The notes beneath the pieces were generated by a model, which saw nothing but the letters and a program-made list of their open reading frames with translations, was not told the DNA's origin and ran no database searches. A stretch of DNA of 55,149 nucleotides from Candidatus Krumholzibacteriia bacterium (GTDB lineage Bacteria > Krumholzibacteriota > Krumholzibacteriia > LZORAL124-64-63), in contig JAWOID010000106.1 in assembly GCA_046484865.1 (NCBI GenBank), forward strand, positions 1 to 55,149. Direction: 5' to 3'. Of this stretch, positions 28,642 through 40,755 are shown one piece after another. Both the position numbers and the translations under genes were made by a program. How positions within the stretch are numbered: the stretch's first letter is position 1; every line of letters starts with the position of its first letter.

Positions 28642-30165
28642 ATGGCCATCGTCCTCGACGGCTCCGGTCTCACGGTGGAGAAGCTCGTCCGCATCGCACG
28701 GAACGACGAGAAGGTGGAACTGGCGCCGGCGGCCCTCGAGCGCATCCGCGGCTGCCGCGCCATGCTCGAACGGAAGCTGGCCGCCCGCGAGATCATGTAC
28801 GGCGTGAATACCGGTATCGGCGAGCTGTGCAACGTCGTCCTGGACGACAACCAGGTGGAGCAGTTCCAGCGCTACCTCATCTACAACCACTCCGCCGGCA
28901 TCGGCGAGCCGGCGCCGCCGGCCTACGTACGGGCAGCCATGGCGGCGCGGGTGAACGTGCACGCCCACGGCAACAGCGGCGTCCGGCCCGAGATCACCCT
29001 CACCCTCCTGGAGATGCTCAATCGCGGGGTCACGCCCTACGTGTGCCAGAAAGGTTCGGTGGGCGCGTGCGGCGACCTGGCGCCGATGTCGCAGATCGCC
29101 CTGCTGATGATGGGCGAGGGCCAGGCGTGGTACCGGGGCGAGTTGCTGCCCGGCCACAGGGCCCTCGAGCGCGCCGGCATCCAGGTGCCGGGCCTGCAGG
29201 CTCGTGATGGGCTGGCGGTGATCAACGGCTCCAACCTGCTCACCGGCATGAGCGCGTTGCACCTGCACGACATGGACCGCTGGCTGCGCCAGGCCGAGAT
29301 CGTCGCCGCCATGTCCCTGGAGGCTCTCCTGGCCAACCTCAAGCCATATGACGAGCGTCTCCACCGTTTGCGCGGTTTCCCCGGCGCGGTGCGCAGCGCC
29401 CGCGCCATTCGCCTCTGTCTGGCCGGCAGCGACCTGCTCACCGGCGCGGTGCAGACCAAGGTGCAGGACGCGTACTCCATGCGCTCCACGCCCCAGGTCA
29501 TCGGCGCCGCCCACGATGCCGTGGCCTACGCCCGCGCCCAGGTCGAGATCGAGCTCAACGGGGTGGGGGACAATCCCATCTTCCTGCCCGAGGAGGAGCT
29601 CACGCTCACCGGCGCGAACTTCCAGGGCACGCCCGTCTGCCTCCCCATGGAGATGGCGGGCATGGCGATCACCATGGTGTCGGTGCTGTCCGAGCGGCGC
29701 CTCAACCGGCTGCTGAACCCAGCTCTGAGCGTGGGGCTGCCGGCTTTTTTGACCGGGGGCGCCGGGATGTTCAGCGGCCTGATGCTCAGCCAGTACACGG
29801 CCGACAGCCTCATCGTGGAGCAGCGGATCCTCTCGGCGCCCGCGGCCATCCAGTCGATCCCCGCCGCCGCCGACCAGGAAGACTTCGTCTCGATGGGCAT
29901 GAACACCGCCCTGAAGAACGCCCAGATCGTCGAGAACGCCTGTGGGGTGCTCGGCATCGAACTCATGGCGGCCGCCCAGGCCCTCGACTTCCGCGAGTTC
30001 ACCACCGGACGCGGAACGTCGACCGCCAGAAAGGTCGTGCGCGAGTACGTGCCGTTCCTGGCGGAGGACCGTCCCCTCTACCCCGACCACACGCTCATGC
30101 GCGACCTGGTGCGGGACGGTGACGTGCTGGCAGCGGTGGAAGCCGCGGTGGGCGACCTCGGCTGA
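28642..30165 (+). CDS. hutH: Aromatic amino acid ammonia-lyase (histidine ammonia-lyase-like)
   Basis: YGVNTG, GSVGACGDLAP, QDAYSMR, DNP, ANFQG and QEDFVSMG motifs; substrate not certain. Confidence 0.8.
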   Translation: MAIVLDGSGLTVEKLVRIARNDEKVELAPAALERIRGCRAMLERKLAAREIMYGVNTGIGELCNVVLDDNQVEQFQRYLIYNHSAGIGEPAPPAYVRAAMAARVNVHAHGNSGVRPEITLTLLEMLNRGVTPYVCQKGSVGACGDLAPMSQIALLMMGEGQAWYRGELLPGHRALERAGIQVPGLQARDGLAVINGSNLLTGMSALHLHDMDRWLRQAEIVAAMSLEALLANLKPYDERLHRLRGFPGAVRSARAIRLCLAGSDLLTGAVQTKVQDAYSMRSTPQVIGAAHDAVAYARAQVEIELNGVGDNPIFLPEEELTLTGANFQGTPVCLPMEMAGMAITMVSVLSERRLNRLLNPALSVGLPAFLTGGAGMFSGLMLSQYTADSLIVEQRILSAPAAIQSIPAAADQEDFVSMGMNTALKNAQIVENACGVLGIELMAAAQALDFREFTTGRGTSTARKVVREYVPFLAEDRPLYPDHTLMRDLVRDGDVLAAVEAAVGDLG

Positions 30166-30445
30166 CGGCGCCGAGCTGGACCGCTCGGCTTTTCCGCGCG
30201 GCCTTCCCGGGCGGCGGCGGCGCAGCGCCGCGCTCGCATCTCCCGGCGGCCGCATCACTCACCGGAGCCCGGGTCGCCGCCCCCTGGTGACCCTTCCTCC
30301 CCGTTCCTATCGTGACGCCAGGCCCCATCTCGGACCGACATCGCCGCGCCCCGGCGCCGGCCCTGCGGTCAGGAGCCATGCCCGGTTTCGGATCGCGCAG
30401 CGCAGGCGTGACGGTCGGCCACCACGCGAGCTGCGAGGTACCGCC

Positions 30446-31579
30446 ATGCGCTGCCCTTCGCCCGTTCTTCTCCTGCTCTCGACCGGCATCCTGGTGCTGA
30501 CTGCCGTGCCGGCGGCGGGCCAGGCATTCACCAGCGCCTCCTACCCTCACGGCGCCCGCGCGGCAGGCATGGCGGGGGCGGTCACGGCCCTCGGCGACGG
30601 CTCCTGGGCAGGTCTGTACAATCCGGCCGCCTGGGCGCGGCAGTCTCTGCTCCACGCCGGTCACGAGCGCATGGACCTGGCGCGACTCGGGTCCGACGCC
30701 CACCTCGAGGCGGGGGTGGGCGGCGTCTCGCTGGCCGGAATCGTCGGCGTCGGCGTCGCGCGCAGCCAGCTCGTTCACGGCGAGACCGCCTACACCGTCG
30801 CTGGAGACCGCACGGCCCTGCTGCGCCCGCGCGATCGGACCGACGTGATCGGCGCCGCCGTCGATCTGGGCCGGGCCCTCGACATCCCGGGCCTGGAACT
30901 CGCGTTCGGCGCCAGCTACAAGCAGTTGCAGAGTCGTATCCGTCCCCGTGAGCCCGGCAGCCCGGTGCTCGCCGACGACGAGGCCGATGACTGGGACCTG
31001 GGCGCACTGGTGAGCTGGCGCACCGGCCTCGCCGGCCCCGCGCCGGGCCAGCCCGACGGGGCGCCTGCCAGCACGCTGCGGCTGAGCGGCGGCGTGTCGG
31101 TCATCAACGCCGGCGACCCCGTGTTCCCGGGCGAGGACGGCACGGAAATCCACGCCGGGCGTACGAGCGCCGTGGGAGTCGCCGTCGATCTCGGTCTCGG
31201 CAGGGTCTCGCCCGTCACCCACGCGGCCGAGCTGCGGGTGGCGGCGGAGGTCCGGCGGCTCGAGGTCGCGTACGCGGCCGGCCCGCCGCCGCTCGCGACG
31301 GCGCAGCGCGAGGACGAGAGCCTCCACCTCGGCGCCGAGATGGTGCTCGCCGGCGTCTTCAGCGCTCGCATGGGGTACGTGGACGATCCCCTGCGCGACC
31401 TGGGCGAAATCAGCTATGGCGCCGGCGTGCAGTTTCTGGTGCCGGGTCTGCGCATCCACGTGCGCGGCGATTACGCTCGCGTCCCCCTGCGCACGGTGCT
31501 GCCTCTGTCGGATCTGTCGCTGGCAGCGCCGTACGACCGGCTGGACCGCTACGCGCTGGGAGTCTGGATCGGCTTCTAG
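30446..31579 (+). CDS. PorV/PorQ-like (FadL-type) outer-membrane beta-barrel
   Basis: Signal peptide; GARAAGMAGA..YNPA, LGAE..RMGY; C-terminal Phe. Confidence 0.7.
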   Translation: MRCPSPVLLLLSTGILVLTAVPAAGQAFTSASYPHGARAAGMAGAVTALGDGSWAGLYNPAAWARQSLLHAGHERMDLARLGSDAHLEAGVGGVSLAGIVGVGVARSQLVHGETAYTVAGDRTALLRPRDRTDVIGAAVDLGRALDIPGLELAFGASYKQLQSRIRPREPGSPVLADDEADDWDLGALVSWRTGLAGPAPGQPDGAPASTLRLSGGVSVINAGDPVFPGEDGTEIHAGRTSAVGVAVDLGLGRVSPVTHAAELRVAAEVRRLEVAYAAGPPPLATAQREDESLHLGAEMVLAGVFSARMGYVDDPLRDLGEISYGAGVQFLVPGLRIHVRGDYARVPLRTVLPLSDLSLAAPYDRLDRYALGVWIGF

Positions 31580-31605
31580 ACAGGACAGGATGTCGCCGTG
31601 CCGGG

Positions 31606-32550
31606 TCAGCGCAGCGAGCGCACCAGCTCCGCCACTGCGGCCGCATCGTTCATGACATAGAAGTGGAGGCAGGGAACACCGCGCTCCAGCAATTCCCGGC
31701 ACTGGCGCTGGCCCCAGCGCAGGCCGATCTCGCGGACGTGCGCGGGATTCTCGAGAATATCGTCGGCCAGATCCTCCGGGATCGAGGTCTGGAAGTTGCG
31801 CGGCAGGCTCGTGAGGTGATGGGTCCGCTGGACCAGCTTCAGCCCCGGGATGATGGGCACCGTGATACCGGCGGCCCGGCAGCGCGCCTCGAACTCGAAG
31901 AAGCGGCTGTTGTCGAAGAACATCTGGGTCACCACGTAGTCGGCGCCGGCGTCCACCTTGGCCTTCAGGTTGGCCACGTCCACCTTCATGTTCGGCGCCT
32001 CGCAGTGCTTCTCCGGATAACCGCCCACGCCGATGCACATGTCGATGGGTTCGCTGTTCGCGATGTCCTCCAGGTAACGCCCGCGGCGCAGCGACGACAG
32101 CTGCCGCACCAGGTCCACCGCGTGCAGGTTGGAGCTGCGCCCCGAGTGCAGCGGCTTCTCGTAGTTGGTGACGTCGCCGCGGATGGCCAGGCAGTTCTGG
32201 ATACCCAGGTACACCAGCTCGATCACGGCGTCCTCGGTCTCCTCGCGGGTGAAGCCGCTGCACAGGAGGTGCGGCACCGTGTCGATGCCGTACCGATTCT
32301 GGATGATGCCGCAGATCGAGAGGGTGCCCGGCCGCTTCTTGCGCACCCGCCGGATGATCGAGCCGTCGGGCTGCTCCTCGTACACCGCTTCCGCCATGTG
32401 GCTCGTGACGTCGATGAACGGCGGCTGCAGGGGAACGAGCTGTTCGACCACGTCGATCACGTCCCGCACGCTCTTGCCGCGGGGCGGGGGGATGATCTCG
32501 TAGCTGAAGAGAGTCTCGGTGGCTCGCTCGAGGTGCTCGGTCACGCGCAT
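31606..32550 (-). CDS. metF: Methylenetetrahydrofolate reductase
   Basis: FSYEIIPP, VPHLLC, AIRGD, GYPEKH, VTQMFFD and LHFYVMN motifs. Confidence 0.95.
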   Translation of the reverse strand: MRVTEHLERATETLFSYEIIPPPRGKSVRDVIDVVEQLVPLQPPFIDVTSHMAEAVYEEQPDGSIIRRVRKKRPGTLSICGIIQNRYGIDTVPHLLCSGFTREETEDAVIELVYLGIQNCLAIRGDVTNYEKPLHSGRSSNLHAVDLVRQLSSLRRGRYLEDIANSEPIDMCIGVGGYPEKHCEAPNMKVDVANLKAKVDAGADYVVTQMFFDNSRFFEFEARCRAAGITVPIIPGLKLVQRTHHLTSLPRNFQTSIPEDLADDILENPAHVREIGLRWGQRQCRELLERGVPCLHFYVMNDAAAVAELVRSLR

Positions 32551-32623
32551 GCGCTCTCAGCTCTCCTTCGCTGCCGTTCTCGTGGTCGCCGGCCGGGCCG
32601 GGGACGCGGCCCCGCACCGGCCG

Positions 32624-36361
<3,738 letters not shown>

Positions 36362-36415
36362 CCCTCCCGGGAGGCAGGCGCGGAGGGGGGAAGTTCCGCG
36401 CCTGGCACCCCGGGA

Positions 36416-36443
36416 AGTGTAGCCGAGGCGGAGATTCCGGCAA
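36416..36443 (-). promoter_or_regulatory. Possible sigma70 promoter for metH with -35 inside an inverted repeat
   Basis: TTGCCG-N16-TACACT on the minus strand; imperfect palindrome gattccgg-caa-ccggagtc at 36433-36451. Confidence 0.4.
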
Positions 36444-36511
36444 CCGGAGTCCTCAGAGCGGCTGACCCTGGACGATCCGGGTGCCGGATGGGGGCCGATC
36501 CCGCCCGGCCA

Positions 36512-36928
36512 TCACGCTCGAGACCACTGCCAGCGTCCGGGGATCCAGACCTGGCGCAGCCCCTGCACGGTCCAGTGCCCGGGCACCCACACACGGTGCC
36601 CACAGACCGGACGTGACATCGGCACCGACACTGCCGGCGCCGGACGAACCACCCGCGACCGCGCCACGATCTTCACGGGCTTTCCGTGGAGGATTCTCGG
36701 GCGTGCGACCGCGCGCAGCCGGAACCCGGCCGAGGGCGCCACGACGAGACGATGGGGAACCGAAACCGAAACGACGGGCGCGACGACCGTCGCCGGCACC
36801 GCGCACCGTCCGTGGATCCTGAGCGCCGCGTGCGAGGCTCGCGGGACCAGGACGACCAGCGCCAGCAGCACCGCCAGCACGATGACCAGGTCGCGCAGCA
36901 GACGCGAGTGGTAGCTCTTCGGTGTCAT
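36512..36928 (-). CDS. Small exported basic protein with WxxGxW (YXWGXW-type) repeats
   Basis: AGGAGG RBS; hydrophobic N terminus; C-terminal VWVPGHW..VWIPGRW. Confidence 0.7.
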   Translation of the reverse strand: MTPKSYHSRLLRDLVIVLAVLLALVVLVPRASHAALRIHGRCAVPATVVAPVVSVSVPHRLVVAPSAGFRLRAVARPRILHGKPVKIVARSRVVRPAPAVSVPMSRPVCGHRVWVPGHWTVQGLRQVWIPGRWQWSRA

Positions 36929-36976
36929 CTCGCCGACCTCCTGCCGGGGTCCACGGGTGGCTGACACGCACCTCAT

Positions 36977-36992
36977 CGCAGGATCGGTGCCG
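36977..36992 (-). promoter_or_regulatory. Possible sigma54 promoter for the WxxGxW gene
   Basis: cGGCACcgatccTGCg on the minus strand with canonical GG/GC spacing. Confidence 0.45.
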
Positions 36993-37301
36993 CACGGGCG
37001 ACCGCTGCGCAAACTCGCACATCTGCTTGTACGGCAATACCTTATCCGGGACCAGGCCACGCCTCCCGGGCGCCTCCTGCGCACCGGTCCGCCGGGGCTG
37101 TTCCCTGGAGGACACAGCGTGTCCTCGGCCCTGGCCAGGCGGGGCAGCCGCCTCGGCGTCGTCCGGGCCGGAAGCTCGCCGGGCGGCGTTTCGCGGTTGT
37201 GCACCGGGGTGCCGGACTGCTACATTCCGCTTCGTGCCTGTTTCGCCCCACCGCCGCCGCCCCGACCGGCGGCACCGACCCTCATCCGGGAGAGACGCAT
37301 C

Positions 37302-40300
37302 ATGAAGCAGAAGCGGTCCTTGCCGCGCTGCCGCGCCCGCGGACGCGCGCCGTCGGCTGGTTTCGTCGCCGCCCTCGTCGGTCTGCTCGCGGTGGCCGCG
37401 CTGCTGCCGGCCGACACCGCGGCCAGACCGAAGGGCGACGACGAGAAGAGCGAAGGTCCCTGGACGTCCGGCACGTTCTCGGGGCTGGCCTTCCGCAACC
37501 TCGGCCCGGCCTTCACCTCCGGCCGCATCGGCGACATCGCGATCGACCCGCGCGATCGGGCGCACTGGTACGTGGCCGTGTCGTCGGGGAACGTCTGGGA
37601 GACCCGGAACGCCGGCACGACCTGGGATCCCATCTTCGACGACCAGGGCAGCTACTCGATCGGCTGCCTCGCCCTCGATCCCACGGACCCCAACGTGGTG
37701 TGGGTGGGCACCGGCGAGAACAACAGCCAGCGGAGCGTCTCGTTCGGCGACGGCGTCTACCGGTCGGTGGACGGCGGCAAGACCTGGCAGAACAAGGGTC
37801 TCGAGGAGTCGATGCACATCGGCAAGATCGTCATCCACCCCGACGACGGCGACGTGGTCTACGTGGCCGCCATGGGGCCGCTGTGGGGACCGGGCGGCGA
37901 TCGCGGCCTGTACGTCACTCGCGATGGCGGCAAGAACTGGGAGCGTCTCCTCGACATCGACCAGGACACCGGCGTGGTGGACCTGGCGATGGACCCGGGC
38001 GACCCCGAGACCCTCTATGCCGCGACCTACCAGCGACGCCGCCACGTCTGGACGCTGATCGACGGCGGCCCCGGCTCCGGCATCCACAAGTCGACCGACG
38101 GCGGACGCACCTGGCAGAAGCTCGCGCGCGGATTGCCCGACGAGCACCTCGGCCGCATCGGTCTGGCCGTGGCGCCGAAGCGGCCGGACACCATCTACGC
38201 GATCATCGAGTCGGTGGGCGATGCGGGCGGCTTCTACCGCAGCACGAACGCCGGCGCGAGCTGGCAGCGGATGAGCGACTACGTTGCGACGAGTCCGCAG
38301 TACTATCACGAGATCGTCGCCGATCCGGTGAATCCGGACCGGGTCTACAGCCTCGACACCTTCAGCCGGGTGAGCGACGACGGCGGCAAGACCTGGCGGC
38401 GGCTGGGCCTGAAGGCCCGCCACGTGGACGACCACGCGCTCTGGATCGATCCCGACCGCACCGACCACCTGGTCATCGGCGGTGACGGCGGCGTGTACGA
38501 GACCTGGGACGGCGGCGAGACGTGGCGCTTCATGGCCAATCTGCCGGTCACCCAGTTCTACAAGCTGGCGCTCGACAACGACGCGCCCATCTACAACGTC
38601 TACGGCGGCACGCAGGACAACAACACGCAGGGCGGCCCCGTGCGCACCCTGAACAGCCACGGCATCCGCAACAGCGACTGGTTCGTGACCCTGGGCGGCG
38701 ACGGCTTCGAGCCGGCCATCGACCCCACCGATCCGAACATCGTCTACTCGCAACTGCAGCACGGCAACCTGGTGCGGTACGACCGCCAGAGCGGCGAGCG
38801 CATCGACATCCAGCCCCAGCCGGAACCGGGCGAGTCGCTGCGCTGGAACTGGGACTCGGCGCTGATCATCAGCCCCCACGATCCGAGTCGCCTCTACTTC
38901 GCGGCCCAGAAGATCTTCCGCTCGGACGATCGGGGCCATTCCTGGCGGAAGGTGAGCGGCGATCTCAGCCGCGGCCTCGACCGCAACCGCCTGGAGGTCA
39001 TGGGACGCGTCTGGTCGGTGGACACGGTGGCCAAGAACCGCTCCACCTCGTTCTACGGGAACATCGTGGCGCTGGCGGAGTCGCCGCTCACCGAGGGCGT
39101 GCTCTACGCCGGCACCGACGACGGCCTGGTGCAGGTGACTCGCGACGGCGGACAGAACTGGACGCGGCACGAGGACTTCCGCGACGTGCCCAAACAGTCG
39201 TACGTGGCGTGCCTGACGGCGGACCGCTTCGCCGAGGGCACCGTCTACGCGTGCTTCGACAACCGCAAGGGCAACGACCTGAAGCCCTATGTCCGCAAGA
39301 GCACCGATCACGGCAAGAGCTGGCAGGACATCACGGGCGACCTGCCCGAGCGGGGCACCGCCTGGAGCATCGTCCAGGATCACGTGGACCCCGACCTGCT
39401 GTTCGTGGGCACGGAGTTCGGCGTCTTCTTCACCACCGACGGCGGCCGGCGCTGGGTGCAGTTGAAGGCCGGCATCCCGACGATCGCCTGCCGCGACCTG
39501 GAGATCCAGCGGCGGGAGAACGATCTGGTGGTGGCCACCTTCGGGCGCGGCTTCTACGTGCTGGACGACTACACGCCGCTGCGCGGCCTGACCCCCGCCG
39601 ACCTGGAGCAGCCGGCGGTCCTGTTCCCGGCGCGCGAGGCGTGGCATTACGTCGAGACCGGACGCCTGGGCGGCCGGCGGCAGGCCTCGCAGGGCGACGC
39701 CTTCTACACGGCCGACAACCCGCCGTTCGGCGCCGTCTTCACCTATTACCTGAAGGAGGACACGCCCACCCTGAAGGCGCAGCGCCGCAAGCTCGAGCAG
39801 GAGAAGTTCGAGCGCAATGAACCCGTGTACTACCCCAGCTGGGACGAGCTGCGCGCCGAGGATCGCGAACAGCAGCCCACGCTGGTCCTGACCGTGCGCG
39901 ATGCCGCCGGCGGCGTGGTGCGTCACGTGCAGGGGGCCACGGGCAAGGGGCTGCACCGGGTGGCGTGGGATCTGCGATACCCGTCCAGCGCGCCCATCAC
40001 GCTGAAGAGCCCGGGCGAGCGCAATCCGTGGGACGAGGACCCCTCGGGCATGCTGGCGCCGCCGGGACGCTACAGCGTGACCCTGGCACGCCGCGTGCGC
40101 GGCGAGGAGAGGGTGCTGGCCGGTCCGGTGGAGTTCGACGTCGTCTCGCTGAAGGTCAATCGGCAAGCCGCCGACGAACCCGAAGCGGCCGTCGCATTCG
40201 CCCTCGAGGCGCAGGATCTCGCCCGGGTGGTCGAGGGCACCGTGCGCGAGGCCCGCGCCGCCCGGAACCGCATCGAGCATCTGCGCCGCGCGGTGGAGCA

Positions 40301-40646
40301 GACCCCCGCGGCCGACCGCGCGTTCCTCGACCGGCTCGACGCGCTCGACGACGGACTGGCCGACCTCTTCGTCGTGCTCGAGGGCGATCCGACCGTTTCC
40401 CGCCGCGAGGAACCGACGCCGCCGGGCGTTGGCGACCGGGTGGGGCGGGTGATCTACGGTCTGCGCAACACCACCATGGCGCCCACGCAGACCATGCGGG
40501 ACAACCTGAAGGTGGCCCGAGACGAATTCCGCCCGGCGCTGGCGGCGCTTCGCCGTCTCGTGGAGGAGGAACTCCCGGCCTTCGAGCGCGAGCTCGACGA
40601 ACTGGGTGCGCCGCATACCCCGGGGCGCTTGCCGACCTTGCAGTGA
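37302..40646 (+). CDS. Secreted BNR/Asp-box repeat (Vps10/sortilin-like) beta-propeller protein, often annotated glycosyl hydrolase
   Basis: FRNLGPAFTSGRI, repeated SxDGGxTW, GTGENN, DLVVATFGRG; C-terminal coiled coil. Confidence 0.9.
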   Translation: MKQKRSLPRCRARGRAPSAGFVAALVGLLAVAALLPADTAARPKGDDEKSEGPWTSGTFSGLAFRNLGPAFTSGRIGDIAIDPRDRAHWYVAVSSGNVWETRNAGTTWDPIFDDQGSYSIGCLALDPTDPNVVWVGTGENNSQRSVSFGDGVYRSVDGGKTWQNKGLEESMHIGKIVIHPDDGDVVYVAAMGPLWGPGGDRGLYVTRDGGKNWERLLDIDQDTGVVDLAMDPGDPETLYAATYQRRRHVWTLIDGGPGSGIHKSTDGGRTWQKLARGLPDEHLGRIGLAVAPKRPDTIYAIIESVGDAGGFYRSTNAGASWQRMSDYVATSPQYYHEIVADPVNPDRVYSLDTFSRVSDDGGKTWRRLGLKARHVDDHALWIDPDRTDHLVIGGDGGVYETWDGGETWRFMANLPVTQFYKLALDNDAPIYNVYGGTQDNNTQGGPVRTLNSHGIRNSDWFVTLGGDGFEPAIDPTDPNIVYSQLQHGNLVRYDRQSGERIDIQPQPEPGESLRWNWDSALIISPHDPSRLYFAAQKIFRSDDRGHSWRKVSGDLSRGLDRNRLEVMGRVWSVDTVAKNRSTSFYGNIVALAESPLTEGVLYAGTDDGLVQVTRDGGQNWTRHEDFRDVPKQSYVACLTADRFAEGTVYACFDNRKGNDLKPYVRKSTDHGKSWQDITGDLPERGTAWSIVQDHVDPDLLFVGTEFGVFFTTDGGRRWVQLKAGIPTIACRDLEIQRRENDLVVATFGRGFYVLDDYTPLRGLTPADLEQPAVLFPAREAWHYVETGRLGGRRQASQGDAFYTADNPPFGAVFTYYLKEDTPTLKAQRRKLEQEKFERNEPVYYPSWDELRAEDREQQPTLVLTVRDAAGGVVRHVQGATGKGLHRVAWDLRYPSSAPITLKSPGERNPWDEDPSGMLAPPGRYSVTLARRVRGEERVLAGPVEFDVVSLKVNRQAADEPEAAVAFALEAQDLARVVEGTVREARAARNRIEHLRRAVEQTPAADRAFLDRLDALDDGLADLFVVLEGDPTVSRREEPTPPGVGDRVGRVIYGLRNTTMAPTQTMRDNLKVARDEFRPALAALRRLVEEELPAFERELDELGAPHTPGRLPTLQ

Positions 40647-40692
40647 ACCCCGCCGTGCGCGGCGCGCCCGGGACGCGCGGCCGGTGAATGCA

Positions 40693-40722
40693 GGAAGGGG
40701 GCGGCTCGGGCCGCCCCCTTCC
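40693..40722. terminator. Hairpin between convergent genes
   Basis: 13-bp stem ggaagggggcggc-tcgg-gccgcccccttcc. Confidence 0.7.
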
Positions 40723-40755
40723 CTGGCCGAATGTCCCCGGGCCCGACTCCTGGCG

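Noticed and set aside
36400..36460. SAM-I riboswitch upstream of metH
   Set aside because: The GGCAACC and GGTGCC pieces lie on opposite strands and there is no AUCxAGAG/GAU P1 helix.
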